NCBI RefSeq assembly: GCF_009914755.1
Contig: NC_060930.1
Origin: the human T2T-CHM13v2.0 reference genome, Homo sapiens
DNA length: 64,000 nt
Direction: 5' to 3' (one strand)
Under the pieces are notes generated by a model. That model made no database searches and was not told the origin of the DNA. It saw nothing but the letters and a program-made list of their open reading frames with translations. Every line of letters begins with the position of its first letter. The stretch's first letter is position 1. The translations under genes and the position numbers were made by a program. Shown piece by piece: positions 1-13,620 of the stretch.

Positions 1-1367
1 ACTATCTCAGTTGCTGATTGGCTATCTGATTTGACTTATACATTACAAATAATGAGTACCGACCAGCAGCAAGACACAGAGAGATGAAAAACATGCAGTT
101 GTGGCCCTCAAGGAGTTTACGGTCTAGTTGTAAAAAAAAGACAACATCAGAAAATAAGAATAAAACATGTCAAATTATGCAATATGGAGTCTTACGCCAA
201 AGAATATATGTTGTTGTTGTTGTTAGTTGAGACAGACTTTTTTTACAATATCTTTTTTCCATATTTTGGATTTTTTATTTATGAAGAGATATAGAGAGTC
301 AAATTGTTGGATGAAGACTATTTGCTGTGGAGATATATGTCTATATTCCTTTTAGAGTGCCATTCACCATCAAGCACAAGACCAAATTTACCAAAATTTA
401 ACTCACAATAAGAAAAAATAAAACCACTGAGTAGCTTATTTGTAAAAAGTAGAATTTCATCATTTTAGTTTGGATTATTTAATTATGATTATGTTGCTTT
501 TTATCATTCATTGCTATTGATATAAAAATCATAATATACTTATGTGCAAAAGATATTGTTTGTTTTCTCCTTCTGCTCTTCTTCCTTTCCCTCTTCTCCT
601 TCTCCAACTTCTTCAGTCTGATTGTCCAATACTATAGGTATATAAATATAACAAGTCCAACTTGTGTCTGAATATTTTCTATACATTTTCTGCTCAGTTC
701 TATGACCACATGGGATTGTTTCCTGGAGTGTAGTTCGATGTATATTATATATACATCATTATATATTGTCTAGAGGCAAGGTGGTATTGGTTTTATTATT
801 TAATTAATAAATTAATTAAGGCCACCTGTTCTTAGATGGTAAGAAATCTAAATGTGGCTTTTGTTGGGTTAGGACTTGAATTGGAAAGCAGAGTGCAGTT
901 GTTTATACTATTAAACTTTTTTTCCTGAGTGCTAATTTCTATGACTTGTTTAAAGGCTATCTGGATGTGGAACGGGAGAACCATGTATTCTTTGGATTCT
1001 TAACCTGGCGTCAGAGCAGGCCTTAATTGAGTTGACTGGTCACAGCACTACTTCTGTTTTGAAAGCTCTCTACAAAAATATACAAAGTTTAACAACTTCA
1101 TTCAAAGGGAACAATAATTGGCCCTACTTACTATATCTGTTTTCATCCTAAAATTCTTCTTCAATTTTGAAATGTGGCTGTCAGTATATTTTGGCTCAAG
1201 AAAATTCATGAAGAAATATTGTACCACTGAGAATTATATCGGTCAGTTTCTCATCAATGAAAAGTTTTATTTCTTGTGTGAACTAGTCCTGAAAATGTAA
1301 ATGTGTATTACTTGATATTTAGAATAAAGCTATCTGAATAGTGTTTCCAGGGTTAGAAATGAGGCTG

Positions 1368-1456
1368 CAGAGTGAGCCGAGATCGCGCCACTGCACTCCA
1401 GCCTGGGCAAAAAAGCGAGACTCCATCTCAAAAAAAAAAAAAAAAAAAAAAAAAAA
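1368..1456 (+). mobile_element. Heavily 5'-truncated Alu (S/Y type) with A27 tail
   Basis: gtgagccgagatcgcgccactgcactccagcctggg...ctccatctc followed by poly(A); TSD agaaatgaggctg at 1355-1367 and 1456-1468. Confidence 0.92.
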
Positions 1457-1573
1457 GAAATGAGGCTGTAGATAGAGTAGTAGCAGGACAAAGACTCCAT
1501 TGTGGCTGAGTATTTATAGTTGGCCTGTTATGCTATAATATTTATATTTTTATCATATTTAAAATGTACACTT

Positions 1574-1862
1574 TTGGGTTTTTTTTTGAGGCAGAGTCTC
1601 GCTGTATTGCCTAGGCCCAAGTGCAGCGGCATGATCTCAGCTCACTGCAACCTCCGTCTCCCGGGCCCAAGCTATCCTCCTACCTCAGGGAAGCAAGTAG
1701 ATGGGACTACAGGCATGCACCACTACTCCCAGATAATTTTGGGGTTTTTTTTTGTAGAGGTGGGGTTTTGCCATGTTGCCCAGGCTCCTGGGCTGATGTG
1801 ATCCACCTGCCTCAGTCTCCCAAAAGTGCTAGGATTACAGGTGTGAGCCACTGCGCCTAACC
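1574..1862 (-). mobile_element. Alu (J-like)
   Basis: Full dimeric antisense Alu; near-perfect TSD ttaaaatgta(c/t)actt at 1559-1573 and 1863-1877. Confidence 0.92.
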
Positions 1863-2641
1863 TTAAAATGTATACTTAAGAGATAAAAATAACTTTATCT
1901 ATTTGATCCAGTAAAATTACCCTAAGCTTTCAGGTAATTAATCTTTAAACACTTTGCTGATGTCAAAGCCCAAGGTGAAGGTATTTTCTTGAATATTATG
2001 GTATTGCCTCTGGTGGTTAAGAGTCGTTTGTTGCAGACAGTAAGAGGCACGGAGACAAATTTAATTTTAGTTTTACTTTTTAGAAAAAGAAAAATAGAAG
2101 TATTTGTTCAGGTACAGTATAAATGTAGAATATATATATGTGTATATATTCACACAAACATACACACATGAAATATTTCTTTGTTTAAAGCAATCAATAC
2201 AACGTAAGACTCCAACACTTTGTGTAAACATGTTCCTGTACTACATGAAAGTTCCTATCTCAGTATTTATAGTATGATGTTGATAAATTGCATGATTTTT
2301 TTTTTCTGATTGGTGGTAATAAATGACAGTGATTTATCACTTAACTTTTCAGGTGAGTTCAAACAGTTGCCTAGGCTGATAAGCAACTAAAATATTTAAC
2401 AGAAAAGCAGACCTTTCTGTTTTCCCAGAAGCATATGTCCAGATATTAGCAATAGGATATGAAGAAGGGGAAAGAAAATTGTAAAAGGGTTGTTCTGAGA
2501 GCAGTCCGTACAGTCAGAGCTGCAATAAGAGCTCGTTTTCATGCCCAGCTGTGTGTCTGCTCTGTCAGCAGCGTTAGAGTCTTGATCTTTATCAGGTTAC
2601 TGCTGCTGATGTCTACATTTTCATTTACCTTGGCTGCCATT

Positions 2642-2670
2642 TAATAATAATAATAATAATAATAATAATA
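2642..2670. repeat. (TAA)n microsatellite
   Basis: taataataa... for about 9 units. Confidence 0.9.
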
Positions 2671-3484
2671 CGACAAATGATTAAGGCAGAGCTAGGAGTG
2701 GACCCGAGAACGCATGTCTCGTTATATGTCTATTACATCTCCTGTGACATCTATGATGGGGCATAGTCTTAATTTTACCAAGCCAGATTCCTATTTTTTG
2801 GTTTTCTAAGTTTTTCTAGCTTTTAATAAGTTTTTGGAATTATGAAAACGATGAAAACTCTGAAGTCTCATTTCTAGAAATTGTTCATTTTCAAACTGTG
2901 TTCTAAGGAGTGTTAAGGACACAGTTGCCTCTGATGCCATGGAGAACAGGGGTCAGAGAAGGGGAAGTTAACATCTCTCTGGGTTCCTCAGGAAAAGAAG
3001 ACTTTATCAAAGACTTCTATTTATATATTGGAGTTCGATAAGATTTCTTATAGAAAAAATAGCTTTTGAATAAAGTTTGAAGACCAATGGTCTAAGCCAT
3101 CATAACTGCGGAAATGTCTTTCTTCAGTATCCCTGCTTGGACAGTGGTTTTGCCCCCATTGTGCACAACACTTTTCCAAAAAGCCTTTCAACATTAATTA
3201 TGGCTGGAGCTGACTACTTTCCTCAGACCATCATGCTTCTCCTAATACAATAAATGTTTCTCTTGCTGGGCAGGTGGATGATTGGATTGATGAATGGATG
3301 CATAGGGATGGGCAGGAAGGAAGGGAGAGAGGGCATGCATTTATCTCCATGTGTCTGATCTTCTATGTCCAGACATTTTTTTAAAATTATTTGATTATAT
3401 TTCTTATCACTTAGGGTAGGAACCATATCTTGCCTGCATTTTTTCTAGCTCATATGCGGTTAGAGAAACAGTGAACTGCCTACT

Positions 3485-3960
3485 CACTCTTTCATGTATT
3501 TTGGGGGCCAGATATCCTTCTAGGTGCTAAGGATACAGCAGCAAGCAAAACAGACAAAAATGCCTGTTCTGGTGGAGTTCAGTTGGAGGAAAAAGAGTAA
3601 ACAGAGAAGTGAATTTTATGGTAGGCCAGTTACTGATCAGTGCTACAGAGAAATACAAAGCAGCAAAGGGGAGGAGGCAGCTATTTTGTATACAGCAATC
3701 ACTGATACTTGCACAAGGACCTGAAGGAGGTGAAGGAGGGGACCTGGGAGCCATAAGGAGAAAGACTTTGAAGTACGTGCTTGTTTGGCATATTCTAGGA
3801 CCAGCAAGGAGACCCCCTGGGGCAGGGCAGGAAGCGCCAGAAGCTGATTGCTATGAGGTCTGACTGTTTTTCCTTGTTCACTCTAAGCTGGGAAGACAGT
3901 CACGAAGTTTGAGCAGAGCAAAGACGTGATCCGACTTAAAAGAACCACTCTTACTTTAGT
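3485..3960 (-). mobile_element. L2 (LINE-2) 3' remnant
   Basis: ctaggtgctaaggatacagcagcaagcaaaacagacaaaaatgcctgttctggtggagttc resembles the antisense L2a 3' end. Confidence 0.65.
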
Positions 3961-3973
3961 GTTAACCATGGAC

Positions 3974-4199
3974 CAGGCATCAGAAACCTTTTTATGTAAA
4001 GGTCCAGATAGTAAATATTTTAGGCTTTACAGGCTATATGATCTCTTTCACAACTACTCAACTCTGCTATTTTAGTACAGAAGCAACCATAGACAATATG
4101 GAAGTGAAAGGCTACGGCTGTGTTCCGATAAAACTTTATTTTTTATAAAACAGGTGTCAGGCTGGATTTGGTTCCCATGCCACAGTTTGCCAACCACTA
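3974..4199 (+). mobile_element. MER58A (hAT-Charlie MITE)
   Basis: gtaaaggtccagatagtaaatattttaggcttt...caactactcaactctgc...ggctgtgttccgataaaactttatt...cagtttgccaacc matches the MER58A consensus. Confidence 0.85.
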
Positions 4200-4562
4200 A
4201 ACTAGACCATTTGCCAAGTGGTTTTGAATTGTGGCTATGAGTGCGTAATTATTTTGTCTGTATCACTTGTCAGCCAAAACACACCCCAAACAGTCTACCA
4301 TCTATTGATAATTTTTATGTGTAATGCCCTATTTACACAATTCATCTGTTACCACCTCAAAGCCGTAGATGTAATTTAATAAGTTGATGCTTTTAAAAGA
4401 CTTGTCTATTAGAAAGAAAGTTAGCCATTCATAGTTTCTTCATATCAAAGTTCCCATATCACTTTGAGGAATGGAATATCCAGGACAAGGACTGTGTTCC
4501 CTGTAATGATTGTTGTGAGTTCTGCTTACTCTTCTCTACTTTTTTCTCTGACTGGGCTAGCC

Positions 4563-4845
4563 CAGTGCAGTCCAAGAGAAATGTAACATGGGTCTCAAGT
4601 GCAAACCATATCAAGAAGTTTAAAACTTCTAGGAGCCACATAAAAAATGCAAAAAGAAACAAGGGAAATTAATTTTAATAATGTTTCGTTTAAACCAAAA
4701 TATTTCAGTACGTCATCAATATAAAATTACCGAGATATTTTACATTCCATATCTTGTACGAAGTCTGAATTCTGGTGTGTATTTTGCAATGTAGACTAGT
4801 CACATGTCAAACCCTCACTCCGTGGCCACATGTGGCTCTTGGCAG
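4563..4845 (+). mobile_element. MER33 (hAT-Charlie)
   Basis: cagtgcagtccaagagaaat...ctaggagccacat...gaaattaattttaataat...ggtgtgtattttg...ggccacatgtggct. Confidence 0.8.
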
Positions 4846-5100
4846 AGATCTACAGGATTGGAGAAGGCTCAGAATTTGGCCTTCCCTGATGAATGGCCTT
4901 TTGTAAAAACAGTAGCAACACTAATAACCCAGCAATAATCTTTAAGCTAATTTGTGAAACTAATTTACTTTTTCTTTGAAAGAGATTACAGGTATGGACC
5001 ACTTTACAAGCACTGAGATTATTATTATTGCTGTCTTCCAGTTACTCAACAATGATGAACAGCAAAGTATGATATAAGGAGGACTTCTAATATTCAATAG

Positions 5101-5477
<377 letters not shown>

Positions 5478-5862
5478 TAAAAATTGCAAAATCAGCTCAC
5501 TAGTGATTCTCTCACCCTCACCCCCAGCTCAATAACTGGCTCTAGAGTCATTTGGCAAGACTTTAGAACTGCACGGATTGCACCTTCTCCCCCTTCAGGG
5601 AGAATCTTCTGTGTGCTCTATCGGTTGTTTTCAATGTGAAACAGGACTCAGAGGTGGTGGCCACTGAAGGCCCAACCTGCAAATAAAGCTTAGTAATATT
5701 CATTTTGCACAATTTAAATACATATGTGTACATTTACTAATCTATAACTGATCCCCCCAATACAGAATTATCTGGAATTTGCATAAGAAACTGTTTATAT
5801 AAACTGCAAAACACCTATATGTTAAATGATTTTTAATAGAATTGAAATTCTAAGAAATTAAA

Positions 5863-6375
<513 letters not shown>

Positions 6376-7104
6376 TTAAAATATAAGACAACATAGAGTT
6401 TGAGAGTTGGCAAACAGCAGGGCATAAATAAAATAAATAAAATGCTACAGAGCCATTTGACTAAAATTTTTGAGAAACTTGTAGCACTACAGCAGGGCTA
6501 CTCCAACGGCCTGTAACAGCAGTAAAAGCAGCAGCACCTTTCCTCACTTTGCCAGACACTGCCGTTTTGGCTTTATCACCCGGAGGGGGTCCCATGCCAT
6601 TGTGGGAGTGTCCAGTGGTGTTCACGGGGACCCTGACACAGAAAACTGGCCATAGGATCTAATGAAGGAGGCGATGATCAGAGCTGGGAAAATTTGAGTT
6701 ACCACAGTTTCTCTAACTACATCTGATTCCACCACAGGATCAGTCATGGGTATCTTTGAGGTACACACATACTCAAATCTTGCTCAGTTAATTACTTTCA
6801 GGCACAACCAGGCCATTAAAATAGTAATTGAGTTATAAGTTACTATTTTATAAATCTCTTTCTAAGTCTTTGTAGATTTATAGATTCAGTCTTCATTAAA
6901 TTTGACCATAAGCCAAGTAATTTCAATTTCTTTAAGAAGAGAGTTTGGCAGATGTTAAAATAGAAGGGAAAACCTGATTTTATGGAATTTCTTGAAAGAG
7001 AACATTTTGAATCCAGTGAAAAGGGAAAAAAAGTCAGTATTATTTATAGTCACATAGTATAACAGCAACAAGAAGTAATTCCTCTGGCTAGACGTGACCT
7101 CCTC

Positions 7105-7322
7105 TGGCTAGGGCACTTTTAAAAATGCTTTATGTAGAACTTATTTAATTCTTACAATCATATGAGATAGGTATTGCTCTTTTCCTCATTGTGCAGTGAA
7201 AGAAACTGATTCCAAAAAGGTTTCATAACTTGCCCAAGGTTATACAGCCAGTAACTGGTAAAGCTGGGATTTGAGCCCAAACAGCCTGACTCTGGAGTTC
7301 CTCCCTTTAATCACCACACTAA
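7105..7322 (-). mobile_element. MIR
   Basis: tttaattcttacaatcatatgagataggtatt...gaaactga...aacttgcccaaggttatacagccagtaactggtaaagctgggatttgagccc is the antisense MIR core. Confidence 0.85.
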
Positions 7323-9304
7323 GTAAATATCCATGTGCATGATGAATGGATAACCTGAAAAGCATTTTACAGATCAAGTCGTATTAAGCACCTAATGGGT
7401 TTAAAACATAATGCGATCCCCTAGTGAGTCCTTGTGGCATCAGTGGGACATTATTAGCTTAAAATTCAGCAGTTTTAAAAATGTAGATTTTAAAAAATCA
7501 GATTCACCTAAAACGGAGATCATTTATAGAAAGAAAAAAACACAAAGGTCTTCTGTTGAACTGTTCAGTAAGTGTGTACTGATACAATAATATGGCAGGA
7601 TATTGGGTTTCCAACTCAGAGTTGATAGTTCAGAATTAAATTTTGGCCTATGTCTTGCTTTTTAGCTTTTTAAGCCATTCTGACGCTACCATAGACATGC
7701 CCATCTGGTAGATGAGAAATTCAGGTGTAGAAAGACTTGCAGAAATCTTATGAGATGCTCTTTCTTTGTTCCTGTTCTCTTTCTCTGAACCAGCTCCTAA
7801 CTTACATCTTTGTAGTCCCACCATTAATCCTACCTTTGACCTTCCGGGCTCAATTTTTACAGTTAGTCTTACCAGTGTTTCACACTTAGTTTTCCCTAAG
7901 TAACTCTTGCTGTCTGGGTAGGACAGCATGAGTCCTGTCCCATAAGACCCAACCTGCATCTGCTTTCTCGGACATGTTTTTTTAAAAGCAAATATGCTAG
8001 TGGAGTGTGTTATTTACAATGCCTTTTTCTTAGAGATTTCTCTGGAGGTTTATATGGGCTAATGGCTCCCCACCCACTTGACTTTTTGCCCATTACATTA
8101 TATGTTTCTTCCAAGGAACAAAAATATAACTCTCTTTCTCTGACAGCATGAGGGACATTCTCTTGCTGTTGCTCTCCAGGAAAAATCTCATAATCTAACT
8201 AGACAAACCCTTGCTGAAAAATTAGACCAAATGGCATTTGTAAACTCCAAGGAAAGCATTTTTCTTCTGTGAAGTGTTCCCTAGCTGGAAGTGTTAGAAA
8301 CTTTACATATACTGATACCAATTAGGTTTATGGAAAAAATGAAAAGCTATAAACAGCTGGATACACTGTCAAAACTGAACCCTGTCAACTTAATTTTTTC
8401 CCTAGCTCTGTATTCTAAGAACCTGGAAACAATCTTTATTCACACTGTTAAGACGATTGAGAAAAATGGATGGATAGAGTTTATTTGCTAAGAGAAAAAC
8501 TGAGTGACTACCTAGCTACCTCACTCCTTTTTGCTCTATTGGTAAGTTCAAATGAAGGAAATAGCATTAGAAAACATATGTTGGGATTATGTGCCTTTAT
8601 CCTCTTTCTCACACTGTATTCATACATAACAGTCAATGCACAGATTGTCCATATGCCTGATATGATTGGTGTTTATTTTATTTTTGACTCATGATCTAAA
8701 CCCATTACACAATGAAATATTTCATCTCGAGAAATACATATGATTTGCCTCTTTTGGCTTACCAGGGAACCATAAAGATCTATGTTGTTTACTTGTTTTC
8801 AGCATCAGATAAAATAAAAATGTTACATCTTTTTTGGGTAATTATGCTGCACCAATGTGACTTGCTTTATAGGGTTCTTTTATTTGTTAATTGGCACTCC
8901 ACTATCTAATTTATTTGAAGAAACTTCTCATGCCTTGTATATGATGAAGAACTACTAGTGAAGAAATAAGCATAGCCTGTAACTTATTTAACATACTTGT
9001 AGGTTCTTAGTAAACACAGTTACATAAATGTTGAAACAAAAATGGGCTGGAGTGAAGGAGTCCTGATCTATGGTTGATATTAAATGTAACTAACTTCACT
9101 ATCTAATGTGCCTTCTTCTTTTTAAGAATGAGATTGGTGGCATGTCTAAAGTTGGATTTTGGTTCTAATACATTAAAAAAATAACTTTCTTGTCTTGAAA
9201 AAGCAACTAGTGAACAGTAGAGATGCTTGCTCACTTTATGAGTGCCATGTATTAAGGGAGTTTTGAAGTGATATTTATCTGTACAACTTCAAATCTACCA
9301 TGGC

Positions 9305-9510
9305 ATTCTGTGGTAGAGTAAAAACTTTAGAGCTAAACATACCTGATGTTTATACATGACATATAGCTGCATGTCCTTGGGTAAGTTATTTAATTTCTCT
9401 CAACCCTAAATTTTGACTGTTTAAAGTAGGTTTTATAGGTTTTATGTAATTTGAAGTGTTGTTGTAAATAATAACGATAATAAAATATCTTACACAGTTC
9501 TTGGTTTGCA
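9305..9510 (+). mobile_element. MIR remnant
   Basis: tgtccttgggtaagttatttaatttctct resembles the MIR core. Confidence 0.55.
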
Positions 9511-10367
9511 AGATTGTTAAAAGGTACTTGTGGCCTAATTGGTTTCACTAGTAAATTCTAGCAAACATTTAAGGAAGAAACAACACTAATATGCAAAGTC
9601 TTTCAGAAAATAGAGGAGGTAAGAACATGTCATTTTATGTAGCCATCATAAACTTGATTAAAAAAATAAGTTTTAAAAATAGATATCTTAAGAAAATATG
9701 AAATGGAATGTAGCAATGCATAAAATTGGGATTTATCCCTGGAATGCAAATGGAATGCAAATCTTTAAATGCTTAAAGATTAACCTGTGTAATTCACCAG
9801 AACCACACAATAGAGGAGACAAAATATAGGATAGTTTAAATAATATAGAAAAATTATTTGACAAAAGGGAACATCTATTTATAATAAAAACTTGAAGCAA
9901 AGGTGCAATGGTAAGGAATTTCAATCTGTTAAGTGAATATATGGAAAATCTACAACTAACATTACACTTAATAGGGAAATACTGGATGTTTTCTCCCTAA
10001 GATTTATAACTAGACAAGGATGCCCACTCTCAGCTCTTTTAATTATCATTGTGTTGGAGGTCATAGCTAGCGCAATAGGAGAAGAAAATGAAATAAAAGA
10101 AATATAGATCGAAAAAGAAGCAATAAAACTGTCTGCTTGCCGATGATATGGTTGATTGCACAGTATGTCCTAATGACTCTACAAAACACCTATGAGGAAT
10201 ACTAAATGAATTTGGCAAGAATGCAGGATATATTGTTGATATGCAAATTCAAATGTATTTTTAGATGCTAGTACAAAGAAGTGGAAAAATAATTTTTAAA
10301 CTTCCACTTACAATGTCACGATGAAACACAAAATACTTAGGAATACCTTTAACAAAATGCATGCAAA

Positions 10368-10607
10368 GATGTGAGGGTGACCTGGCTGTGACATCTGTCA
10401 CCCCATTGATCACCAAGGTTGATTTGGCTGATCTGGATGGCCAGGCGGGTGTCCCCTACCTCCCTTACTGCTTCGTGTGTATCCTTCCTGAAGCTGCATG
10501 CTTGGTCGAAGAGGACAACCACCCCTGATATAGAGGAGGAACTATCTTCAGTGAAGAGTATATGAGTAGCTGTGCTCCCCTGCTAGAACCTCCAAACAAG
10601 CTCTCAA
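10368..10607 (+). pseudogene. 7SK snRNA (RN7SK) retropseudogene, 3'-truncated, no poly(A), inserted in an old L1
   Basis: gatgtgagggtgacctggctgtgacatctgtcaccccattgatc...gctcccctgctagaacctccaaacaagctctcaa aligns with roughly the first 240 nt of 7SK. A 15-bp direct repeat caaaatgcatgcaaa lies at 10353-10367 and 10605-10619. Confidence 0.95.
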
Positions 10608-11287
10608 AATGCATGCAAAACCTCTACACCAAGCACTATAACACATTGCTGAAACTAATGAAAGACAAGCTAAATATCTAGAAAGAGATGCCATGCTTAT
10701 TGATTAGAAATTTCTCAATAATGTTGAGATGTCTGTTGTTTCCAGATTGATCTATAAAGTCAGTGTAATCCCTTATAAAGCCCACCAGGCTGTTTTATTT
10801 ATTCTGCAAGAAGACATCCTAATTCTAAAAATTTATTTTAAATGAGCTAGAGCTAGGATATCTTCAGCAACCTTGAAAAAGAAGAGCAGTGTTGAAGGAA
10901 TTATACTATCTGGCTTCATAACTTACTACAAAACTACAGCAATCAAAACTTTGTGACCCCTTCATAAGGAGACAAGCAGATCAATGGAACAGGATTGAGA
11001 GCCTGGCAATAGACCCACACTTACACAATGGACTGATTTCCAATATATGTGCCAAAGCAGCCCAATAGAGAGAGGAAAATATTTGTAGAAAATGGTGCTG
11101 GAATAACTGAAGCATCAACCCCTACCTCACACCATTCACAAAAACTATTTTGAGATGGTTCACAAACCTAAAAATAAAAGCCAAAATTATAATGCATCTG
11201 AAAGAAAACATAGGAGAATATCTTTGCAATGTAGTGGGTAGGTGAAAGTGTCTTAGGTCACAGAAAGTGATAAAAATTGATAAACTA

Positions 11288-11601
11288 GGTCAGGCACAAT
11301 GGCTCATGCCTGTAATCGCAGCACTTTGGGAGGCCTAGGCAGGTGGATCTCTTTAGCCCTGGAGTTCAAGACCAGCCTGAGCAACATGACTGAAACCCAC
11401 ATCTCTACCAAAAATACAAAAAATTAGCTGGGCGTGGTGGTGTATACCTGTAGTCCCAGCTACTCAGGAGGCTGAGGTGGGAGGATCACTTGAGCCCATG
11501 AGATTGAGGCTGCAGCGAGCCGTGATCATATCACTGCACTCTAGCCTGGGTGATAGAATGATAGCTGTCAAAAAAAAAAAAAAAAAAAAAACCAAAACCT
11601 A
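11288..11601 (+). mobile_element. Alu (J-like) nested in L1
   Basis: Full Alu with poly(A); TSD ataaactag at 11280-11288 and 11602-11610. Confidence 0.92.
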
Positions 11602-13327
11602 ATAAACTAGACTTAAAGTTGAACTTGAGCTAATCAGAAGGCATTGTTAAGAAATTTACAGAATATACAAATATGACAAAGGGTTAGTATCCAGAATATA
11701 TAGCACTCTAAATCTCAATAACAAAAAGACAATTCAATAAAAAAGAGGCCAAAGACTGTCAAGTACTTTGCAAAGGAAGATAAACAAAAAATGCTCAATA
11801 TTATTAATTATCAAGGGAATGCAAATTAAACCAAGATGAGAGACATCCACTAGAATGGCTAAATTTAAAAAGACCAGCAGCAAATATTGGTCAGGATGTG
11901 GAGCAACTGGAACTTTTAAATTTTTAGTGAGTGTGTACAATTGTGCAGCCACTATGGATAAAAGCCTGGAAATTTCTTATAAAGCTAAATATAAACCTAC
12001 TCTGGAACCTACAATTTTACTTCTAGATATTTTCCAAAGAGAAATAAAAAAATACATCTACAAAAGTCTTATAGGAGTATTTACAACAGCTTTATTTAAA
12101 CTAGCCAAAAGTGAGAGTGGATGAACTATGGGATTCCTAAGTGGAATACTTGCCAGCTATGCCAAAGAACAAACTACACATTCATGCAACAACATAGATG
12201 AATCCCCCAAACTTTTATGCTGCATAAAAACCCTTATACAAACAAATACCTACTGTATGTTTCCATTTCTATGAAGTTCTTGAACAGGTAAAACCAATTT
12301 ATGATGAAAATATATCAGAACAGAAGGGATTGCAGCAGGGATTTACCAGGAAGGGGCATGAAATTTTGGAGTTGATAGTAATGTTCAGTATCTTGATGGA
12401 GGTACTTGTTATACAGGTGTATGTATTTGCTAGAGCTTATTGAGTGGTATACATTTTCTGTATTTCACAGTATGTAAATTTTGCATATAAAATACTGTAA
12501 AGCATTGCAGCATTTAGGGGTAAAGTGTACTGATGGTTGCAACTGACTTCGAAATGGATCAGAAAGTAAAATAGATTGATTAAGAGAGGGATGGGAAGAT
12601 GCATAGGTATATATAACCAAACATCAATGACAGAATTTAGGTGGAGGGAAAAATGGGCTTACATTGCATAATTATTTCAACTTTTCTGTGTGTGTGAAAA
12701 TTTTTATAATAAAATATTGTGATAAGCAATTATTTTTATGTTCTAACCTTTAAGGGTAGAAATGATCTTGCTTACAGGTGAAGAAGGCATTGAAATTCAA
12801 TCCCTCAAAATCCAAAGTTGTCAAATAACAGAGCTAGTATTAAACTTCAGGTGGCTCTAATCCTACAATCCATATCCTTGCTGTGTTGATGCACAAATTT
12901 CTAAATCTAAACACCCAGCGACCTTTGGTTAAAATAGGAAGTGAACATGAAACCTCAGCTTTGCTTTGAACCCCAGTGACGACTCTCCAGTTTCTTAATC
13001 AACTGACCTTTCCTTAAACAAAAATTATTCTCGAGGGAAGAAATGCTAGTAGTCAGGTTGTTGAGCACACATTTACTAAATACCCATAAAAGGAGATAAA
13101 TACTGAGATGAAATAAATTATAAGTCAATTTCTGAAAGAATTATTTTTCTTCCTAAGCTCAGGTGCTGAGAATTCTAGATGCAAAAATAAAAGGCCAAGT
13201 GTCTTAGAATGATATGCTCATGCCTATGTCTATTTTTTTCTTCGCCTTTCAAAGCAGAAATTCATCAAAGTCGTGCAGATGATAAGTGCGTATTCTGTTC
13301 CTAAGATCACTACAGGGCAGGCTTAGA

Positions 13328-13620
13328 GCAGTGTGTGGCAGTGGAAAGAGTTTGGGGCTGGCTGTGTGAGACCGGGCCTCTCATTGCAGGTCCTGTGACT
13401 TTGTACGACTCCTTTAACCTCTGTCAGCATCATTCTTCAATCCTGCTTTCCTTATTAGTGTGAGGATAAAAATAAAGCAAATTTCGAAGTTGAAAGAGAG
13501 CTAAAAGATAATCAAGCCCAACCTCCTCATTTTATCAGTGAGAAAATGAACCTCGCTCAAGGCAACTGAGCCCGATAGAAGCAAAAAGTGTTTACCTGAT
13601 TTAGAGGTTAGTTTAACTGC
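13328..13620. mobile_element. MIR remnants (one + and one - fragment)
   Basis: gtgtggcagtggaaagag...ctgtgactttg...tttaacctct, then cctcattttatcagtgagaaaatga. Confidence 0.5.

Larger units (their letters stand above)
9525..12720 (+). mobile_element. Old L1 (L1ME/L1MC-like) ORF2 remnant and 3' UTR, interrupted by the 7SK pseudogene and an Alu
   Basis: ORF2-derived motifs (caaacatttaaggaagaa, agacaaggatgcccactctca, gatcaatggaacaggattgagagcc, ggatgtggagcaactggaac) and an L1M-type 3' end, caacttttctgtgtgtgtgaaaatttttataataaaa. Confidence 0.88.

Noticed and set aside
737-757. 9-bp perfect hairpin gatgtatat-tat-atatacatc and nearby TTAATTAA palindromes
   Set aside because: Expected by chance in TA-rich low-complexity sequence.
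2870-3095. Possible hAT/Charlie-type remnants here and at about 44395-44550
   Set aside because: Too degraded to assign a family or boundaries by eye.
7081-7111. Short local duplications (cctctggctag x2; also ggaatgcaaat x2 near 9742 and the 16-bp x3 repeat at 27157)
   Set aside because: Ordinary slippage duplications with no further structure.
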